Origin: an uncultured Campylobacteraceae bacterium
GTDB taxonomy: Bacteria; Campylobacterota; Campylobacteria; Campylobacterales; UBA6016
NCBI GenBank assembly: GCA_964577355.1
Contig: CAZNYV010000002.1
Span: 1-57,980 of the forward strand
DNA length: 57,980 bases
Direction: 5' to 3'
Positions within the stretch are counted from its first letter, which is position 1, and every line of letters begins with the position of its first letter. The notes under the pieces were generated by a model. That model searched no databases. It saw nothing but the letters and a program-made list of their open reading frames with translations, and was not told the DNA's origin. The position numbers and the translations under genes were made by a program. Positions 28,245-36,318 of this stretch are shown in pieces.

Positions 28245-29750
28245 ATGCTCTTTAGATTGATGTTTTTACTATTTTTTGCATTAGTATTGTTTGGTGCAGA
28301 TGATGAGTTCGAAAAATACAAAAATGGCATCAACAAAGAGTATAGCGAATACTACGAAAAAGAGATGAAAGCCTTTGAGACATTCTCTAAAACCGCTGGC
28401 GGGATTCCTGACAAAGTAAATCCTTATCAAAATATGAAAGTTTTGCCACCAAAACCAGTTGTTGCAAAACCAAGCACACCTCCAAAGATTGAGACACCAA
28501 AGCCAGAGCCCGTTACTGTCAAGCCAATCAACAAAATTCCAGAGGGAACTCCGAGCGATTCACAGCTCAAGACTGTCAAATTAGACAAGATAGACCCGTC
28601 AAAACTTATCAAACCAGAGCCAGTACCTGTCACAAAAGAGCCCTCTGTTGTAACACCTGAAAAATTCCAACTAGCCTTTTTTGGGACGAATATTGATTTG
28701 ACACCAGAAAATATTAAATTTACAAAAACTATTAATGGCAATAATACATCAGAAATAGCAATGAAAATCAAGCAAAATGACGCTCGATTGATAAAAGAGA
28801 TGTCCTCTATCAGACAGAATTACAATCTAAACGACTGGGACTCATTTATCTTTGTACAAACACTTGTCAATACACTCTACACCGAAAACCAAAAAAAGAT
28901 AAAAACACTTCACGCCATCGACATTATGAGAGGGCTTGGATATAGAGCACGATTTGCTGAAGATGACTCAGGAGCGCCTTATATACTATTGGAAACAAAA
29001 CAACAGCTGTTCTCGAAAGCATATATAGACAAAGATGGTGGCAGGTTCTATATATTTGCAATAGATGCTCATCCAAGAGCCAGCTTTGCCAAAGCTCTCT
29101 ATTTTTCAAACTCACCAGATGATAGTGTTGGTCAACCAATAGATATGATAATGCACAATGACCCAAAACTTGGCACAAGCAAAAAACCTGTCAAGCTTAG
29201 CTGGGATTTTGATGACAAACCATACCAAATGACAGTAAACCCAAATGAAAATCTAACATCGCTGATGGATATGTATCCTGTTACAGACTATGCAGTTTAT
29301 ATGCAATCTCGCTCAGGCAAGGCACTAGCTGGTGAAATAGCTGCAAATTTATTTTCGACCATCAAGCAAAACAACTACTCAAAAGAAAAATCTGTAGCTT
29401 TTATACTCAAATTCACCCAAAAAGCGTTTGTTTACAAAACAACTTTTGAGGCGTACGGGTATGAAAGACCACTATTTTTGGAGCAAGCAATACTATTGCC
29501 ATACACCGATTGCAAGCATAGAGCCATGATGCTTTCAAACTATTATCGAGAAATTTTGGGGCTTGATAGCATCGGACTGCTCTACCCTGGTCATATTTCA
29601 CTTGGGGTTTCATACAATGGCAGTGGCGATTTTTATATGCTAGATGGCAAGAAATATTTTGTAACAGACGGCACATATTTCTATGCTCTACCTGGCACAA
29701 GTCAACCATCATTCAAAGGAATGGAGGCAAAGTTTGTGCCTACAAAATAA
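28245..29750 (+). CDS. secreted protein: Pro/Lys-rich linker plus C-terminal transglutaminase/papain-like Cys-His-Asp arrangement
   Basis: 501 aa. Signal peptide ..LVLFGA|DD. PPKPVVAKPSTPPKIETPKPEPVTVKP linker. C-terminal YTDC(423)KHRAMMLSNYYREILGL..LYPGH(450)ISLGV..YFVTD(475)GT spacing matches transglutaminase-like cysteine peptidase cores (inference). Confidence 0.5.
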   Translation: MLFRLMFLLFFALVLFGADDEFEKYKNGINKEYSEYYEKEMKAFETFSKTAGGIPDKVNPYQNMKVLPPKPVVAKPSTPPKIETPKPEPVTVKPINKIPEGTPSDSQLKTVKLDKIDPSKLIKPEPVPVTKEPSVVTPEKFQLAFFGTNIDLTPENIKFTKTINGNNTSEIAMKIKQNDARLIKEMSSIRQNYNLNDWDSFIFVQTLVNTLYTENQKKIKTLHAIDIMRGLGYRARFAEDDSGAPYILLETKQQLFSKAYIDKDGGRFYIFAIDAHPRASFAKALYFSNSPDDSVGQPIDMIMHNDPKLGTSKKPVKLSWDFDDKPYQMTVNPNENLTSLMDMYPVTDYAVYMQSRSGKALAGEIAANLFSTIKQNNYSKEKSVAFILKFTQKAFVYKTTFEAYGYERPLFLEQAILLPYTDCKHRAMMLSNYYREILGLDSIGLLYPGHISLGVSYNGSGDFYMLDGKKYFVTDGTYFYALPGTSQPSFKGMEAKFVPTK

Positions 29751-29861
29751 TTTGAATCAAAAACATTCTATAGTCCAAAGAACTTTCTGTGTCAACTTTA
29801 ATAATAATGTTGCTTAAATAGCATAAATCGTTTTGTGAGTCATTTGCGACTTGAATGGTTT

Positions 29862-29877
29862 TGGCACAAGGCAGGCA
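29862..29877 (+). promoter_or_regulatory. candidate sigma-54 (RpoN) promoter TGGCAC-N7-GGCA
   Basis: TGGCACAAGGCAGGCA has GG and GC at the canonical 10-nt spacing, 38 nt upstream of ATG 29916. The -12 TT is missing. It also forms part of a TGGCA-N14-TGCCA inverted repeat. Confidence 0.3.
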
Positions 29878-29915
29878 AAATGCCATCAATCTAAACACAA
29901 AAGAGGAGAATTTAC

Positions 29916-30497
29916 ATGAAATCAAGAGTTCTAAAAAGCGTTATTGCTGCGGCATCTCTAGTACTATTTGCTGGTTGCGCTGCTGAGCAGTCTCCAGTAG
30001 CACAAGCACCTGCTGCTGTAAAAAACAAATTTGCTGGTGCTCCATCGTGGGTACTTAATCCAAACCTTGAGGGCGGAATATGTGCACTTGGTAGTGCTGG
30101 ACCAAATGCTGCAGGGTTTAACTTCCAAAGAACGCAAGCGATGGCAAACGGTAGAGATGAGCTTGTCAGACAACTTGAGCTAAAAGTTAGCAACATGGTA
30201 AAAGACTTTACACAAGTAACAGGTGTGGGCAATGCGGCGACTATCGACAAAGTATCTAGCTCTGTTTCAAAACAAGTTGCAAGCCAAACACTTGCTGGTT
30301 CAAAACTAAAATCTACTTGGGTAGCTGACGATGGTGAGATGTTTGTATTGATGGTGATGGATCCAAATGCAGTTGCAAAAGCCACAAACGACTCTGTCAA
30401 AAGCTCTCTCAAAAACGATCAAGCGCTATGGCAACAATTTCAGGGTAAAAAAGCTCAAGATGAGCTAAGTGCTGAAATAGATAAAATGGTGAAATAA
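29916..30497 (+). CDS. LPP20/FlgP-like lipoprotein
   Basis: 193 aa. Lipobox LFAGC|A. Core GAPSWVLNP..GGICALGSAG..QRTQAMANGRDELVRQLELKVSNMV. Confidence 0.6.
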   Translation: MKSRVLKSVIAAASLVLFAGCAAEQSPVAQAPAAVKNKFAGAPSWVLNPNLEGGICALGSAGPNAAGFNFQRTQAMANGRDELVRQLELKVSNMVKDFTQVTGVGNAATIDKVSSSVSKQVASQTLAGSKLKSTWVADDGEMFVLMVMDPNAVAKATNDSVKSSLKNDQALWQQFQGKKAQDELSAEIDKMVK

Positions 30498-30501
30498 CAT
30501 C

Positions 30502-30954
30502 ATGAAAATATACGGGGCACTAATCATTTTAGTTGCCTCGGTACTTCTTACAGGTTGTGCAGAACTCCAACACGCCTCGTCTAAACCATCAGCTCCTGCA
30601 ATCAATTCAGCTACAAGCTCTAACACCAAACCTGCTTGGTTTTACAGCCCATGTCAAGATGGAAAAATAGGCGGTGTGGGTATTTCTGGAATGCATATCA
30701 ATGGTATATCCGCCCAAAGAGAGCTTGCAGTTAGTAGAGCAATAGATGAAATAGCAAGGCAACTAGGCGTAAAAGTTTCAAACATCCTCAAAACAAGTAC
30801 CGTGGCTAACAATTCGAGTGCATCAACGATGATGGAAAGCTATAGCTTCCAAACGGTTGATGGGAGAAATATAAGCGCTTCAATCGCAGGAATATGGAAT
30901 GACACAACTACTGATGAGCTGTATATCTGGATGTTGACATCGCAAAAACAATAG
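30502..30954 (+). CDS. LPP20/FlgP-like lipoprotein (paralogue of the preceding gene)
   Basis: 150 aa. Lipobox LLTGC|A. Core KPAWFYSP..GKIGGVGISG..AQRELAVSRAIDEIARQLGVKVSNIL. Confidence 0.6.
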   Translation: MKIYGALIILVASVLLTGCAELQHASSKPSAPAINSATSSNTKPAWFYSPCQDGKIGGVGISGMHINGISAQRELAVSRAIDEIARQLGVKVSNILKTSTVANNSSASTMMESYSFQTVDGRNISASIAGIWNDTTTDELYIWMLTSQKQ

Positions 30955-30986
30955 TTCTTCAAAAGTAAAAAATCAAGGAGTAAGAA

Positions 30987-31679
30987 GTGCTAAAAATATT
31001 TTTGGTATTTGTGTCTTTGTTTGTGGGCTTGCTTTTTGCAGCCCAACCGCCAGTTGGTAAAATAGATAAAACCGAGGGCAGTGTAAAGCTCTTAAAAGCA
31101 GGTACAATCAAAAAATTAAATGCCAATAAAGGCGATGAAATTTTTGCCAGCGACATTGTTATTACTGGGGAGAGCTCAAAGGCACTTGTCAAACTAACCA
31201 ATGGCACAAGCATAGTTGTTGGCTCACAAAGCAAAGTAGAGTTCAAGTCACCAGATTTGGCGATGCAATCAGAGGGTAAAAGTCTATACGCTGTAAATAA
31301 GCGAAATGCCAACGATAGCTTCAAAGTAGCTACTGACTTCGCAACCATTGGTGTCAAAGGCACAGAGTTTATAGTATCCTCCAACAAAGACGACAATAGA
31401 GTTTCTCTCAAAAAAGGACTTGTTGATGTCACTTCAAATGACGGTAATTTTGAGATACACAAAAAACAACCAAAAGGTGATTATGCAGAGTTTGCAGAGG
31501 GTATAAAATCAGAGTATCAAAAATACCAATCAGACCTTGAAAAAGAGTTTGTGGAATTCAAAAAATCCTTTGAACTGACACCAGATAAAACAGTTAGCTT
31601 CAATGGTAAAAAAGTTTACGAAAACAAATTTAATGACAAAATCACAGAAGAGTTCAAGGAGCTTGAAAACTTCAAATGA
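30987..31679 (+). CDS. FecR-domain periplasmic protein
   Basis: 230 aa. GTG start 7 nt after AAGGAG, with a signal peptide. GSVKLLKAGTIKKLNANKGDEIFASDIVITGESSKALVKLTNGTSIVVGSQSKVEF is a typical FecR beta-sandwich pattern. Confidence 0.65.
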   Translation: MLKIFLVFVSLFVGLLFAAQPPVGKIDKTEGSVKLLKAGTIKKLNANKGDEIFASDIVITGESSKALVKLTNGTSIVVGSQSKVEFKSPDLAMQSEGKSLYAVNKRNANDSFKVATDFATIGVKGTEFIVSSNKDDNRVSLKKGLVDVTSNDGNFEIHKKQPKGDYAEFAEGIKSEYQKYQSDLEKEFVEFKKSFELTPDKTVSFNGKKVYENKFNDKITEEFKELENFK

Positions 31680-33712
31680 GAGAGCACCTGTTAGCGAGAT
31701 ACATACTAGTTATAGCTTCGCTCGCTCTCACCCTGCTCGTGTGGTACTACGAAGTGCCACCCTTTCAACAAATCTCACTCAAATTTAACGATATAAATTA
31801 TGCATTCAACAGCAATTATCCAGAACAAAGCGTGGAAATTGTTGTAGTTGACGAGAAAAGTGTTAACAAATACGGCAGATGGCCTTGGGATAGGGCGCTA
31901 CTAGCCAAGGGGCTTGAGAAGCTTTCAAGTGCAAAAGCCGTAGGACTGGATATTGTTTTTTCAGAAAACTCCAGCGAAGTATCAGACTTAGCATTGGCAA
32001 AACAAATAGAAAAACAAGGCAATGTCATAGGCGGTTTTTTCTTGAGACCACGAGCCACAGAACAGCCAAACAAAAACCAACTAGAAAAACTAGCAGACTC
32101 ATCCATGGAGAGGCTTGATGGCAAGCTTCCATTTTACAAATTCCCATATGCTGAGCTAAACATCGAACCTATTTTAAATTCAACACAGCTCTCGGGTTGC
32201 TTCTCAACAGTTCCAGACAGTGACGAGCTTTTTAGAAGATACCCTGCAGCTTTTATCTACAACAACTCAGTACTACCATCACTTGGGGTTCAGCTTCTCA
32301 GGTATGCACTAAATATAGATGCGGAACTTGCCAGTAACGACTATCAACAATATCTAATGCTCCACGACCTAAAAATTTCGTTAGATACCGATGGCTTTGC
32401 GAAACTGAACTACTATCCTCTCAAAAGCTACAATCTAATCTCCTTTGCGGATGTTCTTGAAGGCAAGGTACAGCCGAGCTTTTTTGACAACAAAATAGTC
32501 ATCGTAGGAATCTCCGAAGCTGGAATATCCGACATCAGAGCGACACCACTCGGACAAATCGCTGGTCCAATACTGCACGCTACATTCATCTCAAATGTTC
32601 TGCAAGGAACGATTTTAAATCAACAAAAACTCTTCGATAGCGCTTTTATAGCACTATTCTTCCTGCTTCCTCTATTTGTTCAGTTTAGGGTCAAAAACAT
32701 CTCCCATCGAATGTCCATCTATGCTCTGACATATATTATGTATTTTTGCGTTTCGATTGTTCTGTACTCATACAAAGCCCAATGGCTAAATACATTTTAT
32801 CCACTCTTTGCGATTTCATTTTCTGTAGTTTTGAATGAGTTTTTGACTTTCAAAATTGACGAAAAGCAGGCAAAATTTATCAAAGGTGCTTTCACAAACT
32901 ATATGTCAGAAGATTTATTGGAGCAACTAGTCGATAATCCTGAAAAACTAACTCTAACTGGTGAGGAAAAAGAGTTGACCATCCTCTTTAGCGACATTAG
33001 AAATTTCACAACCATATCTGAATCACTGACATCAAAAGAGCTCGTCTCTCTACTAAATAGCTATTTCACACCTCTCACCAAAATCATCCAAGACGAACAC
33101 GGGACTGTTGACAAGTATATCGGGGATGCCATTATGGCTTTTTTCAACGCTCCGTTAGATTGCCAAGACCACCCAGCTGTTGCCTGCAGGTGCGCACTCA
33201 AGATGCAAGAGGCTCTAAAACATATGAACAAAGAGTTTGATAAATTTTCAAAACGCCCGATTGCGATGGGTATTGGTATCAACACCGGAGAGGTTACAAT
33301 CGGCAATATGGGTGCAGCAAATAAATTCAATTATACTGCAATAGGTGACAATGTAAATATTGCCTCTAGGCTGGAGGGGATAAATAAAAATTTTGGGACT
33401 GGAATCATCATCAGCGAATCAACGAAGGTTCAGCTGGATGAAAATGAGTTCTTGTGCAGGTATCTAGGGCGAGTTCCGCTCAAAGGAAAAGAGAAGAAAA
33501 TTGATATTTATGAGCTGCTTGAAAACAATGAACACAACCAAAGAAAGTGCAAATATTTCCAAACTATATTTGATAAAATAGAGGAGGGTGAAATTGTTAG
33601 TATGAGCGATAACATATTTGAGCAATTAGAACAAACAGATGAAGTAGGATATACAATCTGTCTAAATAAAATCAACGGAAAGGGTATAGATGCTAGAGGT
33701 AATAATTCTTAA
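31676..33712 (+). CDS. CHASE2-sensor class III adenylate/guanylate cyclase
   Basis: 678 aa. ATGA overlap with the FecR gene. N-terminal TM plus a periplasmic CHASE2-like region (VVVDEKSVNKYGRWPWDR), 3 further TM helices, and a cyclase core: ILFSDIRNFTTISE, DKYIGDAIMAFFNAP, GINTGEVTIGNMG, YTAIGDNVNIASRLEG. The Lys/Thr specificity pair suggests adenylate cyclase (inference). Confidence 0.8.
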   Translation: MREHLLARYILVIASLALTLLVWYYEVPPFQQISLKFNDINYAFNSNYPEQSVEIVVVDEKSVNKYGRWPWDRALLAKGLEKLSSAKAVGLDIVFSENSSEVSDLALAKQIEKQGNVIGGFFLRPRATEQPNKNQLEKLADSSMERLDGKLPFYKFPYAELNIEPILNSTQLSGCFSTVPDSDELFRRYPAAFIYNNSVLPSLGVQLLRYALNIDAELASNDYQQYLMLHDLKISLDTDGFAKLNYYPLKSYNLISFADVLEGKVQPSFFDNKIVIVGISEAGISDIRATPLGQIAGPILHATFISNVLQGTILNQQKLFDSAFIALFFLLPLFVQFRVKNISHRMSIYALTYIMYFCVSIVLYSYKAQWLNTFYPLFAISFSVVLNEFLTFKIDEKQAKFIKGAFTNYMSEDLLEQLVDNPEKLTLTGEEKELTILFSDIRNFTTISESLTSKELVSLLNSYFTPLTKIIQDEHGTVDKYIGDAIMAFFNAPLDCQDHPAVACRCALKMQEALKHMNKEFDKFSKRPIAMGIGINTGEVTIGNMGAANKFNYTAIGDNVNIASRLEGINKNFGTGIIISESTKVQLDENEFLCRYLGRVPLKGKEKKIDIYELLENNEHNQRKCKYFQTIFDKIEEGEIVSMSDNIFEQLEQTDEVGYTICLNKINGKGIDARGNNS

Positions 33713-34238
33713 GCTTGTAAGCAGTCTCACAGGCTATCTTTTTGAGGGGTACTTGGATTCAATAAAAAGTATAAATGTGGAAGGAGCTCCTAGCTGGTAC
33801 GGCAAAGACCACAGTAGCAAAAATCTTTACGCTTATGGCTATGCCAAAGGTGATATGGAGTCTATCGAGATAGCCAGAAACAACTGTCACATCGGGATGG
33901 TAAAAAAGATAAATGGAATCATAGAAGTGGTTGTGTATGACAATTTCAGAAATCTAAAAGACCCAAAAGAAAAACAGCTTGTCGAAGAGTTCAAAAAAGA
34001 TAGTAACCTAGAGGTATTTGTCACAAAAAATATGACATATGAAAAGCTAGATTCATTTGAAGAACAAAAAGAGAGTATGTTCAAAAAATACCGACCAGCC
34101 CAAAGTTTCGCTGGCGGTATGATACCAAAACAAGCCATCATCGATTATCAAAAAGAGAGACTTCAAAAAATCAAGTATGAAATCAATCACTATACATCAA
34201 ACAGTGCAGAGGATGAGATGGATAAAGAAAAAAAGTAG
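33690..34238 (+). CDS. hypothetical protein with LPP20-like core (GAPSWY..YAYGYA..IEIARNN)
   Basis: 182 aa. Overlaps the cyclase stop by 23 nt. Hydrophobic N-terminus without a clear cleavage site, and a K/E-rich C-terminus. Confidence 0.45.
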   Translation: MLEVIILKLVSSLTGYLFEGYLDSIKSINVEGAPSWYGKDHSSKNLYAYGYAKGDMESIEIARNNCHIGMVKKINGIIEVVVYDNFRNLKDPKEKQLVEEFKKDSNLEVFVTKNMTYEKLDSFEEQKESMFKKYRPAQSFAGGMIPKQAIIDYQKERLQKIKYEINHYTSNSAEDEMDKEKK

Positions 34239-35031
34239 GGCAAAACCTTATCGGATTATCGAAGGAATTGGAGCTAACGCAATAGCTTCATTTGACTCCT
34301 TCGGGAAATCCTATGACTTTTATGTTTCTCTGTCAAAAAAGCTTGTGACCCTTTCTATCGTCAAAAAACCGATAATTTACGAAATCACAAAACAGCTATA
34401 TTTCTCTTTTTACAAGAATTTTTCTAGTGTTCTGTGGACAAGTATTGTGTTTGGCTCACTCTTCATAGGTGTGATTATGAATGTACTCAAGCAGTATGGC
34501 TTGTCGGATATGACTGGAGATGTTGTTGTCAAGCTTTTTGCTGTAGAAATAGCACCAATAATCACAACAATGCTTCTAATTATCAAATCCTCCCTACCGA
34601 TGAATGTTGAACTAGCGCAAATGAAAGCTACAAAAGAAATGGACACGCTTCAGTTTTTCAACATAGATTCACTTGAATATATTTTTGTGCCGAGAGTTAT
34701 ATCTGGAGTCATCTCAGTGACTTTTCTCAGCTACTTTTTTTCGCTTATCATGGTCATCAGCGCATTTGTCTTCTCATCTATATTTTTTGAAATCAATCTT
34801 GGGAAATTTATATATAGTGTTGCAAAATCTATCGATATATTTGACATCATCATATTTTTCATCAAAGGGTTGCTGATAGGCTTATTTATTTTTACGATTC
34901 CGACCAGCAACGGATACAACACCTCTGTGTCGTACTACAAAATAGGCTCTCTCATATCTAGCGGAACCCTGAGACTGTTACTGATAATCATGATAATAGA
35001 GGTGCTAACATTAGCGATAAGATTTCTCTAG
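34177..35031 (+). CDS. divergent MlaE-like ABC permease
   Basis: 284 aa (ATG 34213 is a plausible alternative start). FAVEIAPIITTMLLIIKSSLPMNVELAQMKATKEMDTLQFFNIDSLEYIFVPRVISGVIS aligns with the MlaE core (LLRELGPVV..EIGxMrvTEQidAlE..dP...lv.PR), but the AGRAGSA segment is replaced. Confidence 0.7.
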   Translation: MKSITIHQTVQRMRWIKKKSRAKPYRIIEGIGANAIASFDSFGKSYDFYVSLSKKLVTLSIVKKPIIYEITKQLYFSFYKNFSSVLWTSIVFGSLFIGVIMNVLKQYGLSDMTGDVVVKLFAVEIAPIITTMLLIIKSSLPMNVELAQMKATKEMDTLQFFNIDSLEYIFVPRVISGVISVTFLSYFFSLIMVISAFVFSSIFFEINLGKFIYSVAKSIDIFDIIIFFIKGLLIGLFIFTIPTSNGYNTSVSYYKIGSLISSGTLRLLLIIMIIEVLTLAIRFL

Positions 35032-35075
35032 CATTTTTATATAACAATGCAGTAGCTGACAACAAGATAGCAGAG

Positions 35076-35477
35076 ATGAAGCAGAGTGCTTTTTTTGGGC
35101 TTGTCTCAAATACGCTTCCTCTCTTGGCATCAACATCCGCATATGAAAATATTGCTATAGTAAACCACTATAATAGTAACAATAGCCAATGCAATTTTAT
35201 TGTGCAAAGTTCATTTGAGGCGCTTGGTTTTGATAGAGAATCTATATACAAGATGCCAAGCAACCTCGACGAAAGGGAGCTATTTGCGACTATGCTATTG
35301 CGAGCGTGCCTTGTAAATGGTATTGTTATTATTGACAGGGCAACAACCCTATTGAGCAATGAGAGTGACTCTGATTTTCTCGATAAATGCGTAGCAGTTT
35401 TGAGTGACTTTTGCTCCAAAATCTCGATTTTTGATACAAAATCCAATATGAAATGGTATAAAAAACAGTATGATTAA
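35076..35477 (+). pseudogene. N-terminally deleted, degenerate MlaF-like ABC ATPase remnant
   Basis: The 133-aa ORF aligns only to the C-terminal half of ABC ATPases (..AYENIAIV.., EALGFDRESIYKMPSNLDERELFATMLLRACLVNGIVIIDRATTLLSNES). The LSGGQ signature reads NLDERE and the Walker B DE reads DR. Only 44 nt separate it from the mlaE stop, which leaves no room for Walker A or the Q-loop. Confidence 0.55.
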
Positions 35478-36318
35478 AAATATCGAATTCAAAGTAGGTC
35501 TATATATTATCTTCTCTGTAGCTGTCATCATCTCTTCGTTGGTATATATTGCATACAAAAAAGAGATACTCACTGATACAAATGTGTATCACCTCACTTC
35601 TGGCTCAGCTGATGGTATTATCGAGGGAATACCCGTTGTTTTTTCTGGTTTTGAGATAGGCAAAATAACAGATGTCAAGCTGACTCCAAATGGAACTGTC
35701 TCGGTCGACATCAGAGTTCCAAGAGAGCACACAAAATGGATTAGAAAAAACAGCCACTTTGTATTTACCAAGCCACTCATCGGTTCTCCAAAAATCGTCA
35801 TAGAGACAGCGGGGCTTGAGTATCCTATTTTGGCAAACAGAGCAAATGCAAAAATAGAGATAGCCGACAGCATCAATGACGCCATCGCAAAAGCAAAACC
35901 CATCATGGAGAGAGTTGACAAGATTTCAGCAAACCTAGAAACAGTATCAAACACTCTAGCACAAAAGAATTCCGCAGCAGCAATGGCTACTGGCAACAAC
36001 ACAAGCGGAGAAGATGTTGCCGAAACTCTCAAAAATACAAAAAAAATAACCGCACAAATAGTAAAACTTCTCGACAAAACAGACAAAACAGTCTTTGACG
36101 ACGATGGCATTATGAAGCAGACTAGAGAGATGCTTGTAAATATCAACAAAAACCTAGAAAATGTCAGAAAAATAACAGCCAACGGCGCCGATGCGAGCAA
36201 AGATTTGGCTCCTCTGACAAAAGAGATAGACATGGCACTCAAATCAACAAATGACCTACTCATAGAAATCGATAGCAAGATACCTTTCAAAGAAAAAAAG
36301 GAGATTAAACTACCTTGA
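35470..36318 (+). CDS. MlaD/MCE-domain protein
   Basis: 282 aa. N-terminal TM helix, MCE core GIIEGIPVVFSGFEIGKITDVKL, long helical C-terminus. 8-nt overlap with the preceding ORF. Confidence 0.7.
   Translation: MIKNIEFKVGLYIIFSVAVIISSLVYIAYKKEILTDTNVYHLTSGSADGIIEGIPVVFSGFEIGKITDVKLTPNGTVSVDIRVPREHTKWIRKNSHFVFTKPLIGSPKIVIETAGLEYPILANRANAKIEIADSINDAIAKAKPIMERVDKISANLETVSNTLAQKNSAAAMATGNNTSGEDVAETLKNTKKITAQIVKLLDKTDKTVFDDDGIMKQTREMLVNINKNLENVRKITANGADASKDLAPLTKEIDMALKSTNDLLIEIDSKIPFKEKKEIKLP

Noticed and set aside
35589-36290. 233-aa ORF antisense to mlaD. Similar long antisense ORFs lie at 45339-45854 (171 aa, opposite hisA), 47318-47890 (190 aa, opposite ftsH), 40657-41193 (178 aa, opposite serS), 29912-30412 and 30959-31462 (opposite the LPP20 and FecR genes), and 16979-17497.
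   Set aside because: All lie fully inside well-supported genes on the other strand. Their S/L/F/P/A-rich composition is typical of antisense frames. They have no RBS or recognisable motifs, and the sense-strand genes have clear family signatures.
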